Below are positions 31,202 through 32,000 of a DNA stretch of 32,000 nucleotides, in pieces (position 1 is the first letter of the stretch; the number at the start of each line of letters is the position of its first letter). The stretch is from Serratia symbiotica. GTDB lineage: Bacteria; Pseudomonadota; Gammaproteobacteria; Enterobacterales; Enterobacteriaceae. The notes beneath the pieces were generated by a model. That model ran no database searches and had not been told where the DNA came from. It saw only the letters and a program-made list of their open reading frames with translations. Where the stretch lies: the NCBI GenBank assembly GCA_964059975.1, contig CAXKXX010000002.1, positions 96,314 to 128,313 of the forward strand, given 5' to 3'. The position numbers were made by a program, and so were the translations under genes.

Positions 31202-32000
31202 TTATAACACACTTATCGAGATACGATTAGCTTCCTCTATCATAGCCGCCTTGGCACGGATCTTCGCCTCTAATTCATCAATTATATGATTGTTGTCAAA
31301 ACGCTCCTTCTGGCGTATACCATCTTCGTAGAAGCCGCTTTTCTTATGGCCACCTGCTATTCCTAGAGTAGATACCAGTGCTTCGCCAGGTCCATTTACT
31401 ACGCATCCAATAATGGATACGTTAACCGGCGTGATAATATCCTCTAAGCGTTCTTCTAATGCATTTACTGTACTAATCACGTCAAATTCCTGACGTGAAC
31501 AAGTTGGACAGGCGATAAAGTTAATGCCGCGAGCTCGAATACGCAAAGATTTTAGAATATCGAAACCGACTTTAACTTCTTCTATAGGATCAGCCGCTAG
31601 TGAAATACGTAAGGTATCGCCAATACCTTCTGTCAGCAATAGTCCGAGGGCTATTGCTGACTTGACCGCACCACTTCGTGCTCCTCCAGCTTCTGTGATA
31701 CCAAGGTGAAGTGGTTGATCAATATGGGTCGAAAGCATGCGATAGGATTGCACTGCCAGAAATACATCCGAGGCTTTGACGCTGACCTTAAACTGGTCAA
31801 AGTTTAAACGATCTAATATATCTACATGAAGCATAGCGGACTCTACAAGAGCTTCCGGTGTTGGTACCCCGTATTTTTTTTGTAGATTTTTCTCAAGAGA
31901 ACCAGCATTAACGCCAATGCGGATCGGAATATTTTTGTCTCGGGCACAATCGACCACTGATCGGATGCGTGATATGTTTCCAATATTTCCAGGATTAATA
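31202..32000 (-). CDS. ispG: 4-hydroxy-3-methylbut-2-enyl diphosphate synthase IspG (GcpE), 5' end outside the window
   Basis: Collinear with the C-terminal ~265 aa of E. coli IspG ([43 protein letters not shown]). The reading frame stays open to the window edge (..INPGNIGN..), so the gene is truncated by the window and does not start at the Met at 31957. Confidence 0.95.
   Translation of the reverse strand, partial: INPGNIGNISRIRSVVDCARDKNIPIRIGVNAGSLEKNLQKKYGVPTPEALVESAMLHVDILDRLNFDQFKVSVKASDVFLAVQSYRMLSTHIDQPLHLGITEAGGARSGAVKSAIALGLLLTEGIGDTLRISLAADPIEEVKVGFDILKSLRIRARGINFIACPTCSRQEFDVISTVNALEERLEDIITPVNVSIIGCVVNGPGEALVSTLGIAGGHKKSGFYEDGIRQKERFDNNHIIDELEAKIRAKAAMIEEANRISISVL

Noticed and set aside
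29003-31709. ORFs 29003-29218, 29754-29954, 30663-30905 and 31524-31709 (+), antisense to bamB/yfgM/hisS/ispG
   Set aside because: They are shadow ORFs within strongly supported CDS.

Overview
This 32-kb window reads like the chromosome of a genome-eroding, Enterobacterales-derived (endosymbiont-like) bacterium. About 17 kb (~53%, summed from the coordinates below) is 15 apparently intact housekeeping CDS plus one tRNA operon. These lie in blocks collinear with E. coli K-12: degP; rmuC-ubiE-ubiJ-ubiB; hemB; argX-hisR-(leuT)-proM; trxA-rho; guaB-guaA; ispG-hisS-yfgM-bamB-der. The blocks are separated by long, very AT-rich stretches with no ORF >=60 aa on either strand (1-1344, 2605-4323, 8904-9745, 10769-11612, 12073-18419, 20404-22441, 25549-26342). 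In those stretches I can read eroded but still collinear fossils of the expected neighbours: wecA after rho, rhlB divergent from trxA, xseA divergent from guaB, possibly tatA after ubiB, the PDZ2 end of degP, and a wrecked leuT inside the otherwise intact tRNA operon. I found no IS/transposase, integrase, phage, CRISPR, toxin-antitoxin, defence or biosynthetic island, so I do not claim a novel gene system here. The most unusual signals are two perfect long palindromes (38 bp at 14455-14492; 18-bp stem with 3-nt loop at 21295-21333) and several perfect short tandem duplications. All of these sit in otherwise decayed DNA, in a window that has lost xseA (ExoVII) and kept rmuC. All homology statements are by-eye comparisons with E. 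coli/Pseudomonas sequences recalled from memory, not database searches.
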